From Octopus sinensis (lineage: Eukaryota): a stretch of DNA of 64,000 bases. Shown in pieces: positions 1 to 12,687 of the stretch. Location of the stretch: positions 110,112,001 to 110,176,000 of the forward strand of contig NC_042999.1 of assembly GCF_006345805.1 (NCBI RefSeq). The letters run 5' to 3'. The notes beneath the pieces are model-generated. The model did not search any database. It was not told the origin of the DNA and saw nothing but the letters and a program-made list of their open reading frames with translations. A program made the position numbers and the translations under genes. Every line of letters starts with the position of its first letter. Within the stretch, counting starts at the first letter, position 1.

Positions 1-715
1 AGGTTCAGTACCAGTAATATTTTTGCTGAATCAATATAGTATCACCAATTGTACAGTGTAGATGAGGGGTTTATAATATATATTGATTCAACAAAAATAT
101 CACTGTACCGAAACCTTGTATCCAATAATCTGAACTTGGAAATACTGCTGTAACAAAATGTATTTTGGTAGTTTTGTATGCCAGGGATAACTGCATCAAG
201 AGCTGTGAGTGTTACATATACTACGATCATTTTGAGCAAAAAGAATGAGCTAGATTAAATAACTGATGACAGGAATTTTGTAGTCAGATTTAGCTGAGAC
301 GGATTTAGCTGTTAATTGATTAAATATTAATAACAGAACAAGTGAGAAGTTAGCAAGATAGCAATGTGCAAGAGAGCTTGTAAAAAATCCAGTGCCTTTA
401 GTTTTGGTTCAACTCCTAGATAAATCATATATCAAGCTCCATGTACTATTTAATTTACTATATAAAGTAGAAAACTGACTTAAATAAGAAGAGATGAATT
501 TACAGTTGTAACTTTGATAATAAGAGAAAAAAAAAGGGAAAACTGAGTAATAGGTATGCTTGACTGGGGTTCACCTTGGAGTTAAACATCAACAGCAACT
601 CTTAAATTGGTTAATTCTGCATCAATAAGTCCTGTGAAAAAGAATTTTCACTGAGCAGGGATACTCAATAACAGAAACTATACTTCTACTAATACTATCA
701 GCATCATTAATAATG

Positions 716-965
716 TGGAGGCATGTGGCTTAGTGGTTAGGGTGTCAGCATCATGATTGTAAGATTGTGGTTTCGATTCCTGGACTGGGTGATGCAATTT
801 TCTTTTTGAGCAAAACACTTCATTTCACGTTGCTCCAGTCCACTCAGCTGGCAAAAATGAGTAACGCTGCAATGGACCGGCGTCCAATCCAGCTGGGGAA
901 CACATACGCTATTGAAACTGGGAAACCGGGCCCATGAGCCTAGCTAGGCTTTAAAAGGGTGCATT
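716..965 (+). mobile_element. tRNA-derived SINE (CORE-like block plus V-SINE-like 3' segment)
   Basis: tRNA-like head GGCATGTGGCTTAGTGGTTAGG...GGTTTCGATTCC (A/B boxes), then TTGAGCAAAACACTTCATT and GCAATGGACCGGCGTCCAATCCAG; family naming is from recalled motif similarity. Confidence 0.65.
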
Positions 966-1759
966 TATTTATTTTATTATTTTATCATTAATAATATTTC
1001 TGTTTTGACTGATGGTTTACATGCCCATAGTGTTGCTTGATCAATGTTGATCTGGTGCTGTGCAACAGCTCTAGTAAAGTTAGGCAATGCTATGAAATTC
1101 AGTAGAACTTCATAGCGTCAGTGCCTCAAGTAACAATACTTCTATTAAAACCATACTTCTGATTTAAGCTCTGCTGTTTATCTTGCTCATCCTATAATCA
1201 CATCCATATCTACCAGCTCATATTACATGACCTCTTCTGACCTTCCTCATACCTTTAACCATTTTCTATGCCAGTTCCTGAATTGTAAAGCTTTTAACTA
1301 ACATTTGAAGAGTTCACTGTTTGGTAATACTGCAACATTTGTTACTTCTATTTTCAATAAATATTTTCATTTCTTTTTGCCCCTTTTTTCTTCTTTTTTT
1401 TATTTTCTCTTCTCTTGAATGAAAATTATCAAAATTTGTAGTGTTAGATTTTAAAGGATAGTATTACACCTTCTCCTCGCCTTACAACTGAGTTCTGTTT
1501 TGACTGACAGGTCATTAATTAATCTGGTCGTAATTAGTTAATCTGGTCGTATATTGAGAAATATTTATATTTTTCAACACTATTTTCATTCAAACGGAAC
1601 ACATGCTTGAAAGCGACTGAGTCAGAGACAGTGGCATACAGTGGATGCCTGGGTCTGAAGAAGTCCTGCATTGCCAGATGCTGTCATAGTTACCATACAC
1701 ACAGCTACCCAGCATCTGAAAATCGATTTTTATTTATTTTATCCTTTTATTCCTTTATT

Positions 1760-2148
1760 CTTTTATTTGTTTCAGTCATTTGACTGTGGCCATGCTGGAG
1801 CATCACCTTTAGTCGAATAAATTGATCCCAGAACTTATTCTTAGTAAGCCTAGTACTTATTCTATCAGTCTCTTTTGCCGAACCGCTAAGTTACGGGGAC
1901 GTAAACACACCAACATCAATTCTTAGGCAATTGTGGTGGGACAAACACAGACACAGAAACACACACACACACACACATAAATATACAACAGGCTTCTTTC
2001 AGTTTCTGTCTACAAATCCACTCACAAGGCTTTGGTTGGCCCAATGCTATAGTAGAAGACACTTGCCTAAGGAGCCATGCAGTGGAACCGAACCCAGGAC
2101 CATGTGGCTGACAAGCAAGCTACTTACCACTCAGCTACTTCTGTGCCT
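1760..2148 (-). mobile_element. CORE-type tRNA SINE, family A (CpG-decayed copy)
   Basis: Reverse complement of the family seen intact at 40694-41079 and 49007-49455, with internal CA microsatellite. Confidence 0.85.
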
Positions 2149-2893
2149 ATGATTTATTTATTTATTTATTTTTCTATTTCCTTATTTTTGAGGTCATAAG
2201 TGTGGATGGTCGTAAGTGTCATAGGTTTAAGTCAAGGCAAAGGTGTATTATAAAACATGTTTTAATCATAAAGGATGAGGCATATTAATGCAAACTCATT
2301 AGGAGAATGACAACTAGCTAATTAGCAAAACAAATACATTGACACATTGACAATAAATAAAAGATCTGAAAATAATAAAACATTCAAGGATAGAATGAAA
2401 ATATTAATGATACTATATTTTCAAAGTAAAACAGCTGTTAGAAATGTTTTATATCTCCACTTAAAATGTGATTTTATTTGAGTAAGATAACTACTTCTCT
2501 TTTCTCATCAATGTTATTCCTGTCAGTCAAGTCAACTGGAGACAGATGGTAGACAAAATAGCTTTTTTATGATATTTAGTTTAGCACATCATATTTATGA
2601 GTTCAGATTTTATTACTCTGACTGGTTGATAAAGTTAAAACCTGTAGACTGATGTCTATCTTTGCGATAACTTTTTTCTCACAGTAGCATGCATGGCCCA
2701 AAGGTGGGTTGTAGTAATATATTGGTGGAGTGTGGTTTACTTCAGAATGAGGGGCATAAGAAACAAATAAGAGAACAAAACTATAAATCTTTAATTAAAG
2801 CCTTTCCTGAATATATATATATATAATATTTTTTTTCTGAATGAGATAAAAAAAACAAGGCTGTGAAGATTTTAGAACATTTATAAATAGAAG

Positions 2894-2941
2894 GTCTTAC
2901 AGCTGTTTCCAGGATATTTATTATATCCCTTCATCGGAGAC
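2894..2941 (-). ncRNA. Mirror copy of the hammerhead ribozyme in the left palindrome arm
   Basis: Reverse complement of 3426-3473. Confidence 0.75.
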
Positions 2942-3425
2942 GGTGTGAGAAAATGTTTAAGCAATAGTTAATTTAGATAAGATACGAAATAGAGAGTGAA
3001 GAGAGGAATGAAAATAGATGTGAGATATGCAGGGATATTGCATTTATAGATCTATTATTTAGGCAGAATGGTATACATATAAGATTCCAATACCTTATGA
3101 GTAAATTCCAATAGTATCTAGAATTGGTCATTCCAAGTATAGAGTTTGTACACAGTGCTATTGAATCAAGGGTTTTATTTAAAGTCAAATAAAACCCTTG
3201 ATTCAATAGCACTGTGTACAAACTCTATACTTGGAATGACCAATTCTAGATACTATTGGAATTTACTCATAAGCTATTGGAATCTTATATGTATACCATT
3301 CTGCCTAAATAATAGATCTATAAATGCAATATCCCTGCATATCTCACATCTATTTTCATTCCTCTCTTCACTCTCTATTTCGTATCTTATCTAAATTAAC
3401 TATTGCTTAAACATTTTCTCACACC

Positions 3426-3473
3426 GTCTCCGATGAAGGGATATAATAAATATCCTGGAAACAGCTGTAAGAC
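3426..3473 (+). ncRNA. Type I minimal hammerhead ribozyme (U4C variant)
   Basis: Stem I GTCT/AGAC; core CCGATGA 3430-3436; 7-bp stem II GGGATAT/ATATCCT; GAAA 3458-3461; palindromic stem III ACAGCTGT; GUA triplet ending at 3469. Confidence 0.75.
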
Positions 3474-4174
3474 CTTCTATTTATAAATGTTCTTAAATCT
3501 TCTTCACTAAGGTCTATCCATAGCCCTTACTCAGCATTACCTGACACCTTTTGGTCTTACTGACACCATTACCTCTCATAACGTATATATATATATATAT
3601 ATATATGTATGATGATGATTGCCTCATCTTGTCAGATGATCATGTCCAGTAAGTTCACTGTCATCAATTCACCATTTTTTCAATGAAATAGATTTTTAAC
3701 TATTAATGGTGAGTTACTATGGATATATTTTCTCAGTAAACTTTCTGCATGGTGAAATTTCTTCACAGTGAATTGATGGTGGTGAACACTCCTGTGTTGA
3801 ACTGATGGTGATGAATTTACCTGTAATCCAGATGATAGACATCTCATATGATAGTGAGACATCTGTATGTTATTAGATTTAAGTGACAAAAGTTTGTACA
3901 ACACTTTTGCCATTCTTTCAGTCACCATAGTAAGTTCCAGTGACAAGCATTACAAAGTGACTGCATCTTTTATGTCAGAGTATCTTTCTTCTAGAAGAGC
4001 TGCCTTCCCAATGGCATTGTCAAAAATAACTTGAGCATCCCCACCAGATGTAGTTTCATGTCATGCATGCGCATGTGCACACACACAAATTTTGCTTGTT
4101 CATAGTGTAGTGCATTTTTTGTTTTTGAAAATTGAAGTGGAGGTCAGATAAAAAATAGCTGAGAAACACTGTTG

Positions 4175-4225
<51 letters not shown>

Positions 4226-5074
4226 TCCATGTAAATATAACCAACAAATAAAGTGTTTTGTAAACATCAACAATTTTGACAGTGTAATCTAGTTAAGATA
4301 TAATCAATTTGGTTAACATCTAGAGGTTATCTTTTTGTACCCTACAAATTCAAGTTATATTTAACAAGTAAAGCTGTGGCTCTCTTGACATCTATAAGTA
4401 GTATCATTTCACTCAACAATTAGGGGCACATTTTTTCTTTTACTTCATTTCCTAGTTGTGTTTTTAAACCAGTCATGCCTTTAACCTTCCTGCCTGCTGA
4501 CAACATATATATTATTAGAACTTCTTTTGTTGTCTCTAAAAGGATTCAGATACAGAAATGTGATACAGGGAATATTGTGAAATATCTTGTGCAACTCTTA
4601 AGCAAATACATTACTTTACCTTATCTTTTTAATAGATATATTGGCAGGATTTCAACTTAGAATATAAAAGAACAGAACCAAATGCTAATAAGCATTTAAT
4701 TTAGTGTTTTTGTCACTCTAACATCTTTAATAAATATTTATTTGTTATGCAAGCTTATAAAAACAAAATAAGGCTTTATTTAATAAAGAATCACATATGG
4801 CAAACAACTATATAATAAAATTAATATTAATTGCATTTTCTTTTGAATAGGTATGAGATTAATATATTTGATACAATTAAGTATAGTTTATAACTGACAT
4901 TTATTTCATTCGACCTGAAGGGATGAAAAACTTGATGTTAGTAGTCTTAAACTGAAAATAAAAAAAGAAGCAAATAAGAAATTTAATTTGGAGCTCTAGC
5001 ATTTCAGCTAAATTACCAACAAAATATAAATGATAATAAAGGTGTGTGTGACTATTATGATGATCATGATGATG

Positions 5075-6990
5075 ACAATATACTATCATCAGAGCAGAAA
5101 GTAGAAAGTAGAATATTGTAAGGACCAATTATTAATAAACAAATTGATATTCTGGATTTGTAAAAATGACATAAGCCTTGTATTGGCATGTGTCAGTTAT
5201 AAAGATGTCTATGATATGATTCTTCCTTCTTAGATTATAGAATGATTGTAAATGATAAGTGCAGCAGAAAATATAAGGAAACTCAAAGAAAAGCATATGA
5301 GTCACTGGAAAACAAATTCAAGATCTTCTGGGAGATTTAAGAAGTATTAAGATCAATATAAGCATTTTCCAAAATTTTGCTTTGCCCCACTTTTTTTTTA
5401 TGTGGGATACTGTTAATATTAGTAGTATGAATAACAATGAAAGACATGCAGCACAGAATCATGTATCTATGGATAACTTAAAACTGTTTCCACAAAGCAG
5501 CTATAAAATGGACTCTTTAGTACAAATACTATATAGATTAAGTGAAGACACAGAGATAAAATTTTTGGATTTGAGAGTATGAAATATTGATTATGAGGAG
5601 AGAGAGGAAAGTAAAAAGTAATAGATTCCAATTATCTAATAACAAAGATATAAAACAGATAGGTACAGGTAATTATGTATCATAGAGCTAGACACAATAA
5701 ACAAAAGTAGCATGAAGGAAATGGATACAAAGAAATAGGTCAAAATTAGAGTTAAATTCTATACTAAATGGGAAAGCTAAAACCCTTGCTATTAATGTAT
5801 GTACCATATTTTTACAATTTAAAAAAAAAAAAATTTTATTTATTTCCTATGTTATTTGAGTTACTTTCTTCTATTCAATGTTATCTACTTTTGATTTAGG
5901 AGAACATTACTGAAAACAAAGTTTATTTCTATTGTCTAACTCATTCAATAGTCTACATCTTAATTTTGCATCAATCTTTCTATCTAAATTTATTTTGATA
6001 TATTGATAGTAAAATAAAGAGTAGGTTAACTTGGGTTGGAAAACTCAAAAAATAACGATCAGATATAGAGTATTACATATTATAAATGATGGTAGTACAA
6101 TATATAAAAGTTGTACAAAAAAAGAAAAAATACTGAGGATTACTTGGTAGGGAAAAATATATATAGAAGAATGGAATTTGTGTTGCATGATACACAAAAA
6201 ATGAGTGTTGAATCACTACAAGAAGGGATAAAAACAAAGAAAAAAACCCCAAAAACACTGGAATAGTCAAAGCATAACTATGTATAGCACTTGAAAAATT
6301 CAAGAAAACTTATCTTGAAGAGAGTTTGGAAGCTAATGAAAATATGTGAGCAGTGTTTTGCTTTGGCCCTTTTGTTATATGTGAGATACTCTTAATAGCA
6401 ACGAAGGGCATTAAGCACAAACTCATTTACTTATGGATAGCTTAAAATTGTTTTCACAAAGCAACTGTAAAGTTTACTCGTGGGTGAAGGCATTAATTTC
6501 TTTAATTTATGGTCATTGGTAAAAAAAATCATTTAAAAACTGAAGTACTGGTGTTTATAGCACAAAAACAGGCTCTAAGGATAAACTCTAGAAAATTTCC
6601 TGTAGATAAAAATACTGAGCCATCATTATGTAAAAAGTGCTACAACAAGCATGCAAGTGTGGTAGTAAATTGTCTTACAATTGATGATGCTGCATGAATT
6701 GTCCACCAGCAGAAAGTTGAATAGAGAATAAAAATAATTGATTTCAAATGTCAAAATTTTCAGGGATTTCAACAGATAAAGCAACCATATGACAGACAGT
6801 AGGAAACCAGAAATTGTTGTGGAGACAAGAAGTAATGAGTGTCATTGATAATGTAATAAACAGAAATACTGAGGCTTATGAAAATTTATGAGATTGCATG
6901 TATGTGTACATTAAAAAAATTGATGCAATATCAGTAAAGTAGGATCTCCCACTACTGACTTGGTCACCTAGGTATTGGAAGCTATCAACT
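5075..6990 (+). mobile_element. Degenerate R4/Dong-like non-LTR retrotransposon (RT plus restriction-like endonuclease remnants)
   Basis: Translated remnants CKDQLLINK (5117-5143), ACVSYKDVYDMILPS*IIE, SIFQNFALP, MDNLKLFPQSSYKMDSLVQ (from 5469), a second MDSLKLFSQ (from 6433) and RKPEIVV (from 6801); these match the recalled R4 motif order KDQLLIN/WIDYKKAYD/GIFQGDSLSP/YMDDLKLF/RPDIVV; many stops. Confidence 0.7.
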
Positions 6991-9012
6991 ACTTGTAGTT
7001 TTTTCACCTTGGAATGTCACAGAAGCTGTTTTCTGCACGTTTTCAGTGATTATTGCTCCTGAGCATTTTCCACACACAAAATCTATCTTCCCAGTTAGCC
7101 TTCCTTTTGAAATTGCTGCACCTCTTATGTGTCCATAGTTTACACTGGGTACATCTTATGAAGTTTCTGCCTACACCTTTTCTACAGATCAAGCAGGGCC
7201 ATCTACCTGAAGGGATTTGTGGTTTGTCTGCCTTCCTACTTATTAAGACTGGTTTTTGCTAGGTTGACTCTAAGGCCCTTAGATTATTTTTTATTAAAGT
7301 AGGAATTGAAATTAAGATAAAATGCTTAAAAATAAAGTTTACTAGGGACAGCTAGAATACCAAGAAGAGTTCAGAAATGGAAAATACTCAACAGAATCAG
7401 CAAAAATATTTAATGACTCTAGTGTATTTTACTCTGAAACATAGAACTCTCTGGTATAACATTTTAGAACATAGTAAGAAAATGTGATGATGTTAATAGT
7501 CTCAAAATTAAGCACAAATTTGAGAAGGAAGTTAGTCAATTAAACTGGCACAATAGCTTGACTAGCATTTATCTTATTGATCCTGGAAGAATAAAAGGCA
7601 AGGGTAACTCAGTAAGAGTTGAACTCAGACTGTAAAGAGCAATAACTAAATACCACCAAGCATTTTGTTCAACAGTCTAATGGTTCTTCGAAAAATTTTC
7701 TGCCATTCTACATTTCTACATTGTACTATTCCAAAACTAAGATTGATACTGCTGCCAACGTTTGAGCCATTAACCCTATTATCTTTAGCTAAGTAACCTG
7801 CCAAGAAATCTCAGTCACGACATTGCCTTTTAATTAACTCTTCCTCAAAGCTACTGCTACATTCAAAGTTAAAAGCAATAGATTAATTTCCGTAAACTTT
7901 TAAAGGCAGACACCCAACTGAAATACTGACTTGAAAGAAACTTTCAACAATAATCCATTTATGACACTGACAGAATAAGGCATTTAGTTGTTAATCTAGA
8001 TACTTCTATTATTAATTTTTGTATTTTTAACATTTATTTTTCCACACCCCATACCCTTTATTTTATTTGCCATACTGTTGATAAGTCTTGAAATGTCATG
8101 AAGAATTCTCTTTTTCCTTCTTTCTCTCTCTCACTCAAATCTCCTCAATCTCCATTGTCTGTTTGTTATAGATTTATGTAGTTCTCTAGCTGTTGGTAGC
8201 TGAAAACTTGAAGTGTTTTAGAATCTACTGACTGTTATTAATACATCTGTTCTCATGGAGACTGAAAAGCAGTCAGAATTACAAATCATTTATGGATTAC
8301 TGAAGAACTTGTCTTCAATTTAGTCAAAATAGACTATCTGACAATGAGATCAAGAAATATTGAAGCTTTATAAAGCTGTGTTAATCAAAATCTTAAGAAA
8401 ATTGAAATAAAAATGAAAATAGCAAAAATAAAAACAGAAACAAATGAATCACACACACATATACACACAGATAGAAAGGGTTGTACTTTTAAATTACAAA
8501 TTTTATCACGCAAAACTGGGAGGAATATTGAACAATTTGAAAAAGTGTCAGGAAAAGAGAGAATATTTACCTTTCTACTACTACTTTTAGTATAGAATTA
8601 TTTCTTTGTATTTACTTGCATATGCACACGTATAGACAGCAGTGGTGTGAAACTTGAGTCAAGAGACAAAGGTTCAGTTTCAATAAAAGAATATCCTCTA
8701 CAGCATGTATTGAGAACTCTTCTCTCCTTCATCTAACATCAACCAATGTATGTACATGTGTGTATGCCACAAACTCTCTTTCAATTGCCACCAATCACAT
8801 TGAATTATCATATCTCTCTTCACTTTTGTTCTATTTGTGCAAATTACTTATAAATGTTCATTTGATTACTTATTTGGTTAACGATGATTTTATTTAATGC
8901 TAGTATGGGTTAGACAGGGAATTATTTGAGACAATATTTTACAGCCTGACACTCTTTCTGTTGCCAACCCTTTGCAGTTTTTCAAGTAAGGGAGTTTTTA
9001 TTCAAGAAGTTT

Positions 9013-9240
9013 CCTATATTCTTTATTGCCCACAAGGGGCTAAACACAGAGAGGACAAAGGACAGACAAATGGATTAAGTCGATTATATCGACCCGAATG
9101 CATAACTAGTACTTATTTAATCGACCCCGAAAGGATGAAAGGCAAAGTCGACCTCGGCGGAATATGAACTCAGAACGTAGTGGCAGACGAAATACCGGTA
9201 AGCATTTCGCCCGGCGTGCTAACGATTCTGCCAGCTCACT
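9013..9240 (-). mobile_element. Nin/Deu-domain tRNA SINE, family B
   Basis: Reverse complement contains GAGTTC...CCGCCGAGGTCGACTTTGCCTTTCATCCTTTCGGGGTCGAT...AAGTACTAG; same family as 42840-43073. Confidence 0.85.
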
Positions 9241-9876
9241 GTCTTATGCCGTATCCAAAAACACAGGAACAACAACCAGTCATAATCTCAACAAGGAATG
9301 TCAACATCATCTTCATGTCATTCAAACAGCGACAAGCGTGGACTGTTAACAGTCATGCACATACACACAATGTACTTCTTGCAGTTTCTGTTGGCCTAGA
9401 GCTACTGAACTTAAAACCATGTGGTTGAGAATCAAACCTTTTTTGTATATGTTAAAACCTTATGTTGGCTAAAATCATATGCTGGACAACTGCTGTGTTG
9501 ATGGCTCTCATTGAGGCAGGAAGACATGCTCACAGCTGTCCAATTGTTTCCCCTCCCCTCCCATAAAAAGAAAAAAAATTCACTGTTCCTGAAGAATGGC
9601 AAGTCAATTCAAAAAAGTTCTTTATTCTTGAGATTATAGCATCTCATTCAAAGCCAGTCACAACTGCCATCAGGCATTTGTTTGTCTCTCAAATCAAGAA
9701 TTTATCTCATATGGTATTTAATATATCTTTATTGATTATTGTTGCTCAAATTCATGCTATTTCTCTCAAGTACTTTCTGTCCTATGTCAGTATGTGTGTT
9801 AATGTTTTTTGTACTAAAATACTAAAATACATTTCTTTTATTTCATTGTTCTTTTTTCTTTGTTTTCTAACTTCAG

Positions 9877-9921
9877 GTTATGACTGGCCTTAGAGATTTA
9901 CCAAAAATACAATGGAATTAA
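9877..9921 (+). CDS. Candidate terminal coding exon (VMTGLRDLPKIQWN*), gene unidentified
   Basis: Strong polypyrimidine tract and TTCAG acceptor ending at 9876, short ORF to TAA, AATAAA at 9926-9931; no homology recognised. Confidence 0.3.
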   Translation, partial: VMTGLRDLPKIQWN

Positions 9922-12441
9922 AAGAAATAAAGAAAATCAAGATCAAATTTTGTTCCTGTCTTTCTTTTTATCTATATTTCTAAACTAACGAAGGTAATAC
10001 TTAAACATCTATAATTCATTGGGTTTTTTTTTAACAGAACTGAACGAACTAGACAGTAATGAGACTGATCATGTGATGGTGAAAATATTTAATTTCACTA
10101 ATTTCATTTGAAGCTACATTTATTTTTTGTAAATGTCCTCCCTCCCTGCCTCTGTAACTCAAGTAATCTAATTTTTTTTTTACTGTATATGAAAGAGAAC
10201 TCCAGACAGGTTTTGATATTATTATTATCAGCAAGGTATAGATGACAGAACTGTTAAGTAAATGTAGAATGCATATTTTCTTCTCTCCAGTGGTTAGTGA
10301 TTGTTCTCTTTACACACACACACACATGCATATCAAGAAGAAGTTGAGCTAAAAGACAATGGATTATTCCTTGTTAGAGTTCTGATTGATGGTGAACTTC
10401 GCTATACCTTGGTGACTTCAAGGAAATGTAAAAACATTAAACTAGATGCATTGCAATGTTGGTTCTAGATCACAGCATCCTGATTCAGATTTTGCTACAA
10501 GCTACTTAGGTGCTAGACTTAACCTGGTACCTGCTTTAATGCCACTGCCTGGCACCTCGGGCGCTTTTAGTGGAGTTCTCTCTGTTGCCAGCCTTCAGTT
10601 CCTGGTTTTGCCAAGTTCCTAGTTTCAGGATACCTCACTCCATAACTTCCACAGAGTTACCCTTCTACAAAGTTCTGCTCACAAAGTGGGTATCAGTTAC
10701 CTGGAGTATATAGTAAAAGTCACTCAAAATGTTGGGCAATGATTCAGAACCTATTACATGAACTCCATACCTGTACTCATGTCACATGCTCAGGTATAAC
10801 AAATGTAAAGAAATTTTGAAATTAGTCACATAGTGGAGGGTTTCATAGTAGAATAATTTTAGTTCATGTGAAATACTAGGTTATTGATTGTGAAGACCGT
10901 TTTAATAGTTCCAGTTACATCCATATAAATGCTAGTATAAAATTTGCATGATGCAATTTACTCAACTGGCATACTGCTAATGAACCAATTCTTTTAGTAT
11001 AAGACACTAACCTGTCAATTTTGATTGTGCCGTTACAATTCCACAAATAATGCAACACTTCATACATTTGTTAATATATTTTTCTTTTGTGTAATTCATA
11101 TTAAATGTTCATAAAAGAATTTACTATAAGATGCAGTTCAAGCACAAAAGAACCTCATATTCAAATAGACAAGTGAAATAAGTTAGATGAGAAACTTGTA
11201 GTAGAACGTTAGTTAACAAATCTGGTAATACATTGAAAAGATTCTTTAATTCTTTGACAAAAACAATAAATAATAAATAACTGAATTATGGAAAAAAATA
11301 AATACTAATTGCTTTTCATCATATTGTTTAAGGATGTTAAATTGTTGCAGTCAGATCTATTGAAGTAAAGTGAAAGTAGGTTGTATTTCATTTTGCAGCA
11401 GTGATTATATTTTTTGATGTAAATTTTAAGGGAATATGTTGATGGGAACAAGGATTTGAACTGGTGTGAATAATAGTATTGGCTCATATTTCATTTTTTT
11501 AGGACTCAATACAGATATTACATTACCTATGTACTAGTTTCACTCATTAGAGACTAAACTATGTAATTCTCTTTAATTTTTGCTCACAAATATAGATGAA
11601 ATTTTACTTCTAGTCTTGGCTAAATTTTAAATATTTTTATAGGCAGATATCCTTCTCATCAATATATCTTAAAGATGAAGAAAAACTTAAGCAATAATGT
11701 CTCCTGCCTAAATTAACTCAGTTATCTAACCCAATTTAAATGGCTAAAAATCTCACCCTTGTAACTGAAAAATAGTTTACCTATAAAGAGTCAATTCACT
11801 TTCTTTTGTAATAGCTTTTCCAAACTACAATCAAATAAGTTAATTATAAGGAGCAGGTTCTTTATTTTAATATGAATTTCTTGAAAAGGAAACACAGTCA
11901 ACCACCATTCTAACTTATTGTTTTATTAGTATCAACTTCTTCAACCCTAGTTAAAACCGAAACAGAGTTTTATTTTTTCATCTCGTACAGAAAGAAATGT
12001 TTAATAGATCCCACCTATCCAAATTGTAAAATAATTTCAGCTCCATCATTAATCACAATCAAAATTTCTATCATAATGGAAAAGAAAATAATAAATTTTA
12101 AATTCAAAACCTATTGTATATTCTTTGTCAATGTAAATAATAGAGAGAACACTGTTTGAAGATGTTGAATAAAGATAAGGCAAGAAGAATAGAATAGAAA
12201 AAAAAAATGAAACAAAGAAATATTTACAAAAGAAACTATTTCTTGTCAGTGAATATAGCTTTGGCTATCTGCAGTACTGAATATGGATTATTCCAGATAT
12301 TTAAAAGCTGTGTCACCTTAGCATTCACTTTACTGGATTATTTTCTTTAAGGGTTTTCAATAAAATGAAATTCATGCTAATCTCAACGCATTGAATTTGT
12401 TTCTATTTCTACTATTGAAAATTGAGAGATACATGGGTTAA

Positions 12442-12687
12442 CCCTTCCATTACGAAACCAGCTGAAACTGGCTCTAGCTCTGTAATACATGTCTTGTTTC
12501 CATAAGTTTTGAATAAAAATCTTCCATCAAACCTTACTCACAATTTATGTTCCTTACACTAGCTTAATGATAACTAAATTATTTTACTAAATTCATTGTT
12601 ATATTTTAAATAATTGAAAAAAAAACAACAACAAAAAACAAAAACAAAAACACAGAGCATCTCAAAATAAATACGGTAATGAAAGGG
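12442..12687. mobile_element. piggyBac-like MITE
   Basis: TTAA flanks at 12438-12441 and 12688-12691; termini CCCTTCCATTAC...GTAATGAAAGGG. Confidence 0.75.

Larger units (their letters stand above)
2865..3502. mobile_element. Long palindrome (316-bp arms, 6-nt spacer), probably an inverted Penelope-like pLTR pair
   Basis: 2865-3180 is the reverse complement of 3187-3502 (two mismatches noticed); spacer AAAGTC; each arm carries a hammerhead fold. Confidence 0.8.

Noticed and set aside
42-239. ORF with an RFRYSDIF segment reminiscent of an RT (Y/F)xDD motif
   Set aside because: Too short and degenerate to support.
3680-3946. Minus-strand 88-aa ORF vaguely like a Penelope GIY-YIG or RTE RT remnant next to the palindrome
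   Set aside because: No diagnostic motif is intact; a profile search is needed.
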